From Prasinococcaceae sp. CCMP 1430 (Eukaryota > Plantae > Prasinodermophyta): 64,000 nucleotides of DNA. A program made the position numbers and the translations under genes. The notes under the pieces were generated by a model. That model was not told where the DNA came from, made no database searches, and was given only the letters and a program-made list of their open reading frames with translations. The stretch covers positions 383,141 through 447,140 of the forward strand of contig RQSC01000015.1 in assembly GCA_013416795.1 (NCBI GenBank). The letters are read 5' to 3'. Shown piece after piece: positions 45,545 to 55,800 of this stretch; position 1 is the first letter of the stretch; each line of letters opens with the position of its first letter.

Positions 45545-46213
45545 ATGGGCGGCGGCGGCGGAGACGCCACGCCGATGATCTGCATCGACTGCGGGTACAT
45601 CTACAAGGGGGACTTCTCAAAGGAGAACTTCTTCACCTACAAGTGCCCGACGTGCGGCGTGGGCAAGAACAGGTTCAAGAAGGCCCCGCAGTCGCAGGTG
45701 TGCGGCGGCCGCGCGAGGCGCCGGCCGGCGCCGACCGGCTCGGCGCGAGCGGCCGCCGCGAGCGGGGCCTACCCGGGCGCGCGCTCGGTCAAGGCAGCGG
45801 TCGTCGCGGCGGGCGGCGAGTGGCGAGGGACCGTCATCGGCGTGGGAGAGGCCGCGGCAGGTGAGGTTGAGGCCGAAGAAGGGCTGGCGATTGGAGGATC
45901 GGGCGTGGGCGGCGCGCTCACAGCGCTCTGTGACGCGGCCGAGCAGTTCGCGGCGGCCTCGAGGCTTGCGGCGAAGGTGACACAGACCTCCGACGGGGGC
46001 GCCTCCGTGCGCACCGCGCGCGCCGCGCACGTCAAGGGCGGCACCAACATTCTGAGCTTGCTCTGGGTCGACTCGGTGCACGTGCTCGCGCTCGCCGTGG
46101 CGCTGCCCTCGGAAGAGAGCGCAGCGCTCGCTGACACGGCCAAGGCCGAGGCGCGCCTACAACCCGTACTCGAGGAGCTCAGGGAGGCGCTCCTGCCGCT
46201 GGCCGAGTACTGA
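45545..46213 (+). CDS. Rubredoxin-like domain followed by an uncharacterised alpha/beta domain; gene model uncertain
   Basis: ICIDCGYIY...YKCPTCGVGKNRFKK (two CxxC). A possible donor (CAG|GTGTGC) lies at 45698. The upstream in-frame RRAAATALFG looks like the end of a transit peptide. Confidence 0.65.
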   Translation: MGGGGGDATPMICIDCGYIYKGDFSKENFFTYKCPTCGVGKNRFKKAPQSQVCGGRARRRPAPTGSARAAAASGAYPGARSVKAAVVAAGGEWRGTVIGVGEAAAGEVEAEEGLAIGGSGVGGALTALCDAAEQFAAASRLAAKVTQTSDGGASVRTARAAHVKGGTNILSLLWVDSVHVLALAVALPSEESAALADTAKAEARLQPVLEELREALLPLAEY

Positions 46214-46237
46214 GCGGCTGTGGGTGCGCCTGCCGCC

Positions 46238-47302
46238 ATGTTCGGCCACCCCGGCTTCCGCATGATGGACCCTGGCACGTGGACGCCGTGGCAGCAGATC
46301 GGCATTTCGTACTCGCTTATGCTCATTCAGCTCACGCTCTCGTCCTCTCTCATCCTGCTCAACAAGTGGCTGCTCTCGAACGCGGGCTTTCACTACCCGA
46401 TCATTCTGAGCAGCATGGGGATGCTCTTCAGCTCTGTGGCGTCGTTCGTGTTGGTCGACGTGATCAAGATCGTCACCGTGCCTGAAGAGACGCGGCAGGC
46501 GGCCGATGCGCGCTTCCAGCTGACGCGCATGAATCCTCTCGCATTCGTAGCGGCCATCACGTTATCTACTGGGAACTACGCCTACATTTACCTCTCCGTG
46601 AGCATCATCCAGATTCTCAAGTCATTTACGCCTGTTCTTACGCTGCTGTTGCTCGTCGCGCTGCGTATGACCTCGCCCACCCACAAGCTCGTCGCGAGCG
46701 TGAGCATCATCACCGTCGGCTGCGCGATCGCCGCGTGGGGCGAGATCGAGACCGCTGGCGCGACGACCCTCTTCGGGCTGCTCGTATTCTTCGCCAGCGA
46801 GTGTGCCGAGTGCTCTCGAGTGGTGATGCTCGACTTCCTGCTGCGTGGAGAGAGTGGGTCAAAGATCAAGCTGAACGGTCTCACCACCCTGTACTACTTG
46901 GCGCCGCTGACGTTCATGTGGTGCCAGGTGTTTGCCTTCTTTCTCGAGTGGCCAAAGTTTGCACAGGAATCTGGCTGGCAAACCTTTGCGATGCATCCTG
47001 GTATGATGCTCGTGGCGGCGACGATGGGCTTCGGTGTGAATCTCTTTGCCTTTCTCACCATCCAGACCGCGCGCGGGGGGAGCCTCACCTTCAAGGTCGC
47101 TCAGACGGCCAAAAATGCACTGCTGGTGTGGTTGTCTGTGCTCATCTTTCACAACGTCGTGTCGCCACGCGTCGTGCTTGGCTACGGCATCTCTCTCGCG
47201 GGATTCCTGTGGTACACCGTGCTACAGGCCAACAAGCGCTCCAAGGAGGAGGAGAAGCAAAAGTACGCGCGCGTGCCCTCACAGCAGGATGTTAAGAGCT
47301 GA
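46238..47302 (+). CDS. Sugar-phosphate/phosphate translocator (TPT) family transporter, intronless
   Basis: LILLNKWLLS..FHYP, GNYAYIYLSVSIIQILKSFTP, TTLYYLAP, GVNLFAFLTIQ..SLTFKVAQTAKN. The ATG sits in a GCCGCCATG context. Confidence 0.9.
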   Translation: MFGHPGFRMMDPGTWTPWQQIGISYSLMLIQLTLSSSLILLNKWLLSNAGFHYPIILSSMGMLFSSVASFVLVDVIKIVTVPEETRQAADARFQLTRMNPLAFVAAITLSTGNYAYIYLSVSIIQILKSFTPVLTLLLLVALRMTSPTHKLVASVSIITVGCAIAAWGEIETAGATTLFGLLVFFASECAECSRVVMLDFLLRGESGSKIKLNGLTTLYYLAPLTFMWCQVFAFFLEWPKFAQESGWQTFAMHPGMMLVAATMGFGVNLFAFLTIQTARGGSLTFKVAQTAKNALLVWLSVLIFHNVVSPRVVLGYGISLAGFLWYTVLQANKRSKEEEKQKYARVPSQQDVKS

Positions 47303-47481
47303 AGCCGCTGCTACCACACGTGCCAGCTTCTGTGCTCCCACCAGGACCTTTGTACTTTAAAAATGTCTATTGAACATGCATGCGGGCCACCGCCGAGGTA
47401 CCCTCCGCCTTTTCGCCGCAAGCGTGGCGGTCTCTGTATCAGGCAGCTTTCCAACGTGGCGTGGCCGGCTCTCGTCGATGG

Positions 47482-48648
47482 TCATGCGATGGCGAAGCGC
47501 CCAATGCGCAGAGCCACACGGGTAGGCGCGCCTCCATCACTAGCCGCATCGCCTGGCAGCGCGCGTGGCTCCAGGGCGCAAAGCGTCGCCTCCTGCACCT
47601 CGTCTCGATCTAGGCGCACGCGGACGGCCGGGGCGCGTCGCCAGCTCATCCCGAGCGCGGGGTTTTGCGTCTGGCCGGGAGCGCTGTCGCCTCCGCCAGC
47701 CCCGCCGCCTCCGCCCACGACGTGATTGGTGCACAGCACCGAGACTTTCGTGCTGCCCCTGCACGACGCCAGGCGCTTCATCGCCGCCTCCATCTGCGCC
47801 ATGACCGCGTGACCCTGGCCCGACCCCGCGCCGAGCACCGGCGCGAGCAGGGCGCCCGCGCTGTCCACCACCACGAGCTCCAACCGAGAGAAGAAGGAGG
47901 ACAGGGCGTCTGCTTCGGGCGGCGGGCCGCTGTTCGGATCCTCTTGCGACCCCTGCGCGCCATCATCAGCGAGCGTGCCCTCGGCGCTGGCGTTGGACGT
48001 CGCCACGAGCACTTCGTCTAGCAAAGCAATGGCCTCGTGCGCTGAGTGCACCCTGAACAAAGCGACCGAGCTCAGCGCGCTGCTCTCCGCTCGCCTCTCG
48101 GCGTCTGCAGCCGGTGCGGTCTGGGGTGGTTGCGGCGCCCGCCCACCATTGCGCACTCCCGCGAGCAGCTGGGCCATCCGTCGTGCCGAGAACGAGTTCG
48201 CAGAGTCGACGTACACCACGCTTGCGCCCCGCGCTGCGGCGGCCGCGGCGGCGAGCATCGCGAGCTGCGTCTTGCCTGTCGCGCTGCCGCCGCAGAGCTC
48301 GGTGAGCGCACCCCGCCGCAGCCCCCCACCCAGGAGCGCATCGAGCGCGGTGCAGCCCGTCTTCGCTCGCCCGTCGCCCAGCAGCTCGCTCGCCGGCCGC
48401 GGCGGGGGCGGCGCATCGCCCGTCGCCTCGAGAGCGCGCAGGATCGCCTCGAGCGCTCCTGCCTCTGCCGCGTCCAGCGACGCACCCGCATGCCTGGATC
48501 CCACGCCGCCCCCAGCCCCGGCGGACGAACGCGCCTCGCACCGCACGTTCGCCAGGGCGACGTCCGCGGCACCCCTCACGCCCCTCGCCTCCAGCACCGC
48601 CGCCTCGCCTGGTGCGACGAGACCCGCTGCCTCCATGCGGGCGAGCAT
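47482..48648 (-). CDS. RAD51D: RAD51 paralog D-like
   Basis: TGCTALDALLGGGL, Walker A GGSATGKTQ, YVDSANSFSARR, Walker B LVVVDS, CTNHVV and PALGMSW. Confidence 0.85.
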   Translation of the reverse strand: MLARMEAAGLVAPGEAAVLEARGVRGAADVALANVRCEARSSAGAGGGVGSRHAGASLDAAEAGALEAILRALEATGDAPPPPRPASELLGDGRAKTGCTALDALLGGGLRRGALTELCGGSATGKTQLAMLAAAAAAARGASVVYVDSANSFSARRMAQLLAGVRNGGRAPQPPQTAPAADAERRAESSALSSVALFRVHSAHEAIALLDEVLVATSNASAEGTLADDGAQGSQEDPNSGPPPEADALSSFFSRLELVVVDSAGALLAPVLGAGSGQGHAVMAQMEAAMKRLASCRGSTKVSVLCTNHVVGGGGGAGGGDSAPGQTQNPALGMSWRRAPAVRVRLDRDEVQEATLCALEPRALPGDAASDGGAPTRVALRIGRFAIA

Positions 48649-48809
48649 GGCTGCCGGCGGGCGGGCCGGCCGGCGCCGCCGGCGCCTACGCACAGCACCA
48701 GCCTGCCCCTCTTGGCCTCCACACGGCCCCTCTGGCGGTGGGCACGAATGGCGGGGGTGGGGGCGCCGCACCGCAGGAGAGCGCGGGCCCACTTCTCTAC
48801 TCGCAGCAA

Positions 48810-51800
48810 ATGGTTGGTGGCAGCATGCCGTCCACCCAGCCGCCCATCGACGCTGGGGGCGCGGCGGGCAGCGGGCACGGCATGAATGGCGCGCCCGCCC
48901 CCCTGCCGATGCAAACGATGCCGCAGGTTCAGCCGCAGGTGCTGTCCACTTCTCCTCCGGACGCGAGCTTTCTGCTGCGGCAACACTCTGGCAGCCTGTC
49001 GGAAGGGGCCGGGGACGGCATGGCGGCGGCGTTTTCTGGGCTCGGTGGGATGTTGCCGACGCTCGACGCCGACATGGCCACGATGCTGCTCGGAAAGAGC
49101 GTGGCTCCGCAGCAGCACACGAGCGCGCGCAGCGCTTCGCACAAGCAGCCCGCGCAGCGCGTGAAACTCGAATCCCCGCTCGACGCGCCCGGGCGCGTGG
49201 CGACCGCCGCTGCGGCCGTGGGTGGGCGCGCCGTTGAGCCGACTCAGCCCGTCGACCCCGACGGCGTGCTCGGGCTCCGCTGGGTGCAGTCGCTCATGGA
49301 GATTCGAAACAAGAAACCAAGCGCCGGCGGCCCGATACGTCAGTGCGTGCGCGACGCCCTCGAGGCGGTGCCTGGCCCTCCCTCGGCGCTCGCCGACAGG
49401 CTAGCATTCATCATCACCCCAGCGGGAGGCTACAAGAGCAACTCGGCGGGACCCTGCAAGCGCGCCGCGTGTGCTGCGCTGAAGCAGTACCTGGACGACC
49501 ACGGTGTGGTCGAGGCCACGCCCGACAAAGCGGCGGAGCGCGCAAGCAAGAAGCGTGACGGCGTCGGCGGCGGAGGGCCGCGTCTGCCGCCGCACGTGAG
49601 CACCGCGCAGCGGAAGGAGGCCGAAATCGCCGCCGCGGCCGCGGCGTCCGTCCTGGGCGTCGAGCCGTCGATGGTCATGGCCGAGCGTGCCAAGGTGCCT
49701 CGCGAGGTGCACGTCACGTGCAATGGCGCCAAGGCTGTCTTTCGCACGGCCACGTGCGACGTGCGCTGCTTTTGCGGCGAGTGTTTCGGCTCAAAGCCGC
49801 TCATGACCCCGAGCGCTCTGGAGAAGCACGTGGGATGCGCGGCCAAGAAGTGGAAGCTCAGCTTCCGCGTGCGCGACCGCACGCATCCGAATGGCGCGCT
49901 ACCGCTTGGCGACTGGCTCACGAAACAGGGCGTCGACGAGTCCCTCTTTATCAACGTCAGCGGACTGACCGCCGCTGTCGCCTCGCAGAAGGTGAGTGTG
50001 CGCGCAGCACCCGACGAGTGCGCCTTGCGAGCCAGCAGCTCGCCAGCCGGCGCGCACGTGTCGTCGCCGTTTGCGAGCGCGCGCATGAATCTGACGCGCT
50101 CCGCTGCGACACGCACGCGGGCCGCGTAGATGGGCAACTCCAAGTACTCCAAGCTTGTGTCTGGCCTGAAGACTGCAGACACCAACAAGAAGTGGGGCAC
50201 TTTCGAAACCAACGCACCCACCGTGCCTGGCACCTGGCTGGCGAATCGATGCGGAGTGTGCGGCCACACAGAAGATCACGACAGCAACATGCTGCTCACG
50301 TGCGATGGCTGCGGCGCGACCGCGCATCAAAACTGCTATGGCAAGTCGTCATCGTTGCCCAGGGCGGACGGTTCCTGGCTGTGCCGAGCGTGTGCGTATC
50401 ACGAGGTTCGGGAGAACGCAGCGGCAGAGGCAGCGGAGAGGCTTGCTCAGCTCAACATGGCTCGCCAGGAAGCGCTGCAGGCGCGGCGGGATGCGCTCGC
50501 GGCCAAGATCGCCGCGACCAAGAAAAAGGCCGCGGGACAGGCCAATGGAAGCGGTGGCCCCGTCGGAGGCGCAGGTGGTGCAGGCCTGGGCCCGCTTGCA
50601 CGCCCGCCGAAGCGAGTGCGCGTCGCTGGCCCTGCTGGCGACCCCAAACTTCGCCAGAGCCTCCTCGCGCAGTCGAAGGTGCCCGCAAAGCCACGTTGTG
50701 TGCTGTGCCCCATCGAAGGAGGCGTGCTCAAGCCGACAACGCTGCGAGACACATGGGCGCACGTGCTTTGCACCCTCTGGGTCCCTGAGACCGTGGTGGT
50801 TGACCCAGACGAAGTCGAGCCGATGGACCGCATCCAGTACGTGCACCGCGACAGGTGGGGACTCAAGTGCACGGTGTGCAATTGCAGGCATGGCGCGTGC
50901 ATTCAGTGCCATGCGCCGAACTGCTTTGCGTCGTACCACGCGAGCTGTGCCTTCCTGGCCGGCCTGCCCATGGAAGTCAAGTCAGTTCGCAGGCCAAAAC
51001 CGCCCAAGACCAAGACCGCTGCTGCGAATGCAGCGGCTGCCGTATCGCTGCTCGTGCCTCTCGGCGACACCGTGACGGGCCGTACGTTTGAGATTTACTT
51101 CGACGGCGATGGCGTATGGTACACGGCTACGTGCCTGCGTGCGGACCCGCTCAACCACAGATGGGAGGTGCTCTATGAGTGCGACGGCGTCAAGGAGGTG
51201 CTCGATGCGACCAAGGCAGACAAGCAAGAGTTCCCGCCTGTCAAGCTTGTGCCGCTCGGAGGGGGCGAGGGGGTTGAGGGCGATGCCGATTCCTCGGATG
51301 AAGACGCCATGGACGTGGATGTCGATGCACCCGGCGCCGCATCGGAGGGGCGGGGCACCCCTGCGGCCCCTTACGTTCTGGCCGCGGCGGGGTTCGCGGT
51401 CCCCGCGGAAGGTGGCGCGTGCGAGCAGCCTGCGCGCGGCAAGAGCAAAGGCAAGGGCAAGGGCAGAAAGAACACTGTGGTGAGGTTGCACCCCGATGAT
51501 GACATGGAGGAGATCGTCGAGCTTGTCTCGTACTGTCCGCGGCATGCGCACCTGGGATCGGTGCCGAAAGACGGCGTGGCGACGGGCGGCATCGTGAGCT
51601 TCTGTGGCGCGGAGGGCGCTGCGGCGGTCGGTGGCGCTGCGCTACTCAAGGGAGCGTCGGCAGCAGCGGAGCACACGCTACGCACTATCGCCACGGGAGC
51701 TCTGGCTGACGCCAAGGCGCGGCTGGTCGCGTCGGTGGAACCCGACATGCTTGACACGTATCCGATGGAGGTGCAGGAAGAGGAGACCGGCGAGCACGCC

Positions 51801-52544
51801 GCTCGATGCTTTCCGTGGGGGCGGAGGGGAAGGGGGCGCGTGAGGCCGTGGGCAGGCGAGGAGCGCTGGCAGCGGCAGAGCGCACCTTACATTGTCGGCG
51901 GCCTGGGCCCGCACTCGATGAAGGAAAAGGCGGCGACCCTCTCAGGCATCGCCCCTAGGCTGGCGAAGGTGGCTGCCGCCGCCGCTGCCGCCACCGCGGC
52001 TGTGGGCGGCGAGGCACCGCGCGGCCCTCGCCCGCCCGAGGAGGTCTTGCGCCCGCACCAGGAGTCGGGGCTGGCACCCTCAGCTCGCCTCAGCAAAGCC
52101 AGCGAGGAGGGCATGGACCGGGTGACGTTTGGCAAGTCGCGCATCCACAAGTATGGCGCATTCGCCAAGCGCAAGATCAAGCGCGGCGAGATCGTCGCCG
52201 AGTACAAGGGCGAGTACGTGCGGGTGGCGGTGGCGAATGCACGAGAGCGCAAATACCGCGCGAAGGACATCGACTGCTACCTCTTTCGCGTTGGTGAGGA
52301 CGTCGTCATCGACGGGACGATGAAAGGCTGCGGCTGCAGCAGGCAGATCAATGCGAGCTGCGAGCCGAACATGTTCGCGCGCATCGTGGACTCGGAGTCA
52401 GGAAGGCGCGTAGTATTTAACGCGCTGCGCGACATCGAGGCCGGGCAGGAGGTCACGTACGACTACCGCTTCGACGAGGAGGACAGCGATGCCAAGGTCG
52501 CTTGCTACTGTGGCTCCGAGAGGTGTCGGGGCACTCTAAACTGA
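48810..52544 (+). CDS. Trithorax-type (ATX3/4/5-like) H3K4 methyltransferase: SAND/ULT-like, PHD, ePHD, SET, post-SET; intron 49992-50129
   Basis: VRCFCGEC..TPSALEKHVGCAAKKWKLSFRV; PHD CGVC..CDGC..HQNCYG..WLCRAC; ePHD CVLCPIEGGVLKP..WAHVLC..GACIQC..YHASC; SET KSRIHKYG..GEYV..YLF..INASCEPN..YDYRF; post-SET CYCGSERCRGTLN. Confidence 0.9.
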
Positions 52545-52809
52545 GGCGCGAACGACTCCCTGTGCCTGCCGCCCCTTCAAGTTCGTTCGCGCGCGACCTG
52601 AAACTCCGCGCACACGTGCGCGGGCCTAGGGACTCTGTAATCAACTTGCCGACATCAAGCCCGCGCGCTTGCGGCGCGGCCAGAGCGCGCGGCTCCACGT
52701 CCGCAGGTGCAACGTCACTGTGGTACATGCAAAGGTGGGATAACGCGCATGAAAAGGCACAACTTGTGAGGCAGCTGCTGCCGCATGTCCGCGCCAACAC
52801 TGCTCGCGC

Positions 52810-55800
52810 TCACTGAGTACTGCCTGCGGCCTCTGCGGCCGCACCGCTCAGGGGACCACCCGCAGCGGTCTCTGCGAGCACCGTCGGCGAGGGCGCGGTC
52901 GGCACCTCCGCGCCGCCGGCTTCAAGGTCGCTCTCGTCGCTGGCCTCGCGGTCATCCTCTCGTAAGTCGCCCTCAGCCGCCTGGGCGGCCGACTCCTCGT
53001 ACGCCTCCTCTGCGCCTTGCGACCTAAAGGACCTATTGAGCATCCTCTCGCGCCTCAGCTTGGTCTCCAGTCTCTCCTTCAAGGTCAGGGTCATGCGATT
53101 CTTCTTGTGCACGCGTGCCTTGGCCTCGAGCTCCTGCTGCAGCATTTTGTTGGCGTAGAAGGTCGCCTCGCGCGCTGAGGCCGCAGCCTCGGCCTCTCCA
53201 AGATGCGAAGCCTGCTCGGCGGCCACGCTGCTCGCGGCGTTGTGACCGTCCACGATGCAAGTGTCGAGGCGAGCGCGGTCGGGTGCGGTCGCCCGGACGC
53301 CCTCGGCTTCGAGCTCGGCTTCGATGTCTTGCCAGACCTCCCCGCGGCGGAGCGCCGCATACGCGCGCACACCAACGAGCGTCGCTCGTTGTGATGGGGC
53401 CAAGTACGATAGTTCCGCATCATCGAATCCGACAAAGACAGCGTACACGCGCATGAGCAGATCCACCGATCCCGCGGCGGCCGCGATGGCGGCTGCCCCG
53501 GATGCGCCAATGCCGAAAGCGCCCACGGCACCACCGCTCGCGGGCGAACCCGCCGCGGAGCGCGACGCGCTGCCCGGGCGCGAAGAGGAGCCAGTGCTCG
53601 CCGCCGCGCCGTACACACCAATCGCAGCAGGTGGCCTCGCTACCGCGAGAGTGGCGTCGCCCGCCAGAGGCTTGTCAATCCCCGCGAGCGTTCCCCCGTC
53701 GTTGCGCATGCCACGGACGCTCTCCTCTGCCTCCCACAACGCCAGCACCATGTGCGCCGCCGAACGGCCTGTGCGCTCAGAGCGCCACGAGTGGAAGAGC
53801 TCGCGCGCGGGTGCATAGCCGAGTACGTCGGCCAGACACGCCAGCGCAAGCGGGGCGTGCTCCGCAGCGCCTGCCTCAAGCAACGCCAGCAACGCCGTGA
53901 GGCCACCGCCGGCGACGAGCCGCGCGAGCGAGCGGCGCTCGGACGCGACCGCAGCCCAAACCAGGTCGATTGCAGCGAGAGCGCGCGCGCTGGGCAGCGT
54001 CGCATCCATTCCCGTGAGCACCGTGAGCTCAGCCGCCAGAAGCGAAACTCCTCCGGCTGCACGAAACCGCGCACGCGCATCTGCCGCCGCCGCGCGCACT
54101 GGCGAGCGGCAGAGCCTCGCTACTAGCTGTGCTGCCTGGCGCCTCTCGGTGTCCGGCGCGGCAACAGGGGCACCGGCGCCGCTGCCAACGCTGCCACCCC
54201 CAGCGAAGATATCGAGCGACACCTCCACAGCACCTGCGTCGACTAGCGGTAGTGCCACGTCGTCAATCGCCGCCAGCGCGCCCAGCAGGCGCATCCCGCT
54301 GCCGCCTCCACCCGGCTCGGCGGCGCGCGCTGCGGTCGCCCGGATGGCAGCCGCAGGCGCGCCCGCCGCCAACACCTCCGCTGTGCAGTGCGGTGCGAGA
54401 GCGCAGAGCGCCAGTGCGGCATCGCCCGCGAGCGCTGCCAGCTGGGGCGGCGTCAGCGAGCCGTCACACCGACGCGCGGGCGGGCTGTCTGAGCTCAGAT
54501 ACGCCACCAGCACGCGCGGCACCAACGATGTCGCGACGGCCTCACGACATGCCACGTCGCGCCTCGCGAGGGCAGTGCAGAGGCTCCACGCCAGGGGTTT
54601 CAGCTCGAGGTCGTCGTCGTCGCGAGTAAGACAGCACGACGACAGATCCGCGTAGAACTCGGATAAGGAGTCGCCCTCAGCCAGCATATTCGCGCGCAGC
54701 GTCGCCTCCGGCGCCGTCGCGGCCACGAGCGCGAGGCGCAGCGCACCGCTCTCCCTCAGCGCCGCGCACGTCGCGCTCGCCGTCGTCTCCGTCGCGCTAC
54801 GCCGCGCATCCAAGTCTGCGGCGTCCTCATTTGCGTTCACCGCCATGCCCCGTGGGCTGTTCGCGCCCCCCTTGGCCAGCAAGCCCATGATAACGAATCC
54901 CTCATTGCGCAGTTCCTTGTCGCGACGGCGGAAGCCTGCACCGGGCTGCGCGAGCAGCGCCCCCGACGCGAGGCGCACGGCGGCTGCGCACACGGAATCG
55001 TCGAGCTCGGCGCTCGCGCCTATCGCATCCACCGCATCGGGTCTCCCCTCGACACGCGCGAATGGGGCCGCGTCCAGCAAATTCCACAGCAGCTCAGCGC
55101 CCATGTAGACGACGGACGAGGACACGTCAGGCGCCTCGTTGATGAGCGCGGCCACCGCGCGCACGGCTCCGGCCGCCGCAGCTTGGCGTGCGCTCGGCGC
55201 ATGGTATGAGAGCTGCAGGAGCGCGTCCACCAGAGTCTCGCAGAGCGACCCATCCGCAACGCAACGCGCTCGCTCGCCGCACACGGCCGCCCGCAGGCCA
55301 CCCGCGAGGGGTGCGGCGATCCCGGAGCGGCACACGGCGAGCTGTGACGTGCAGTACAAGCGCGCATCGGGGCCTGCGGCCGCTATGCCGTCGGCGACCA
55401 CGCTGGCCTCGAGTGCCTCCGCCGTTTCTGTGGGCGAATCACCGCCCGGGGGACGCGTGCCGTATCCGCTCGCGATGTTGGCGACGGAGCCGGCGCACGC
55501 GCGCAGCAGCGGCGAGAGCGCGTGGAGCTCGTCGACCGACGCGCTTTCGAGTCCCTCGAACACTTCGCCCATCGCCGTGAGCAGCTCCGCCACTGCCGGC
55601 AGGTGTCGCAGGTCGTCAGTCGCCGAACGCCGCACAAACGGCGCCGCTCCCAGCGCGTTCGCGAGTCCCGCCACGCCGCGCACCAGTGCGCCACCGCCTC
55701 GCTCGGGGCCCGCCCGCACGGCACGCAGCGCAGCGCTCAAGACAGCCGTCACCGAGGGCAGCTCCTTCACAGGGAATCCCTCGCGCGAGTGCACGCGCAC

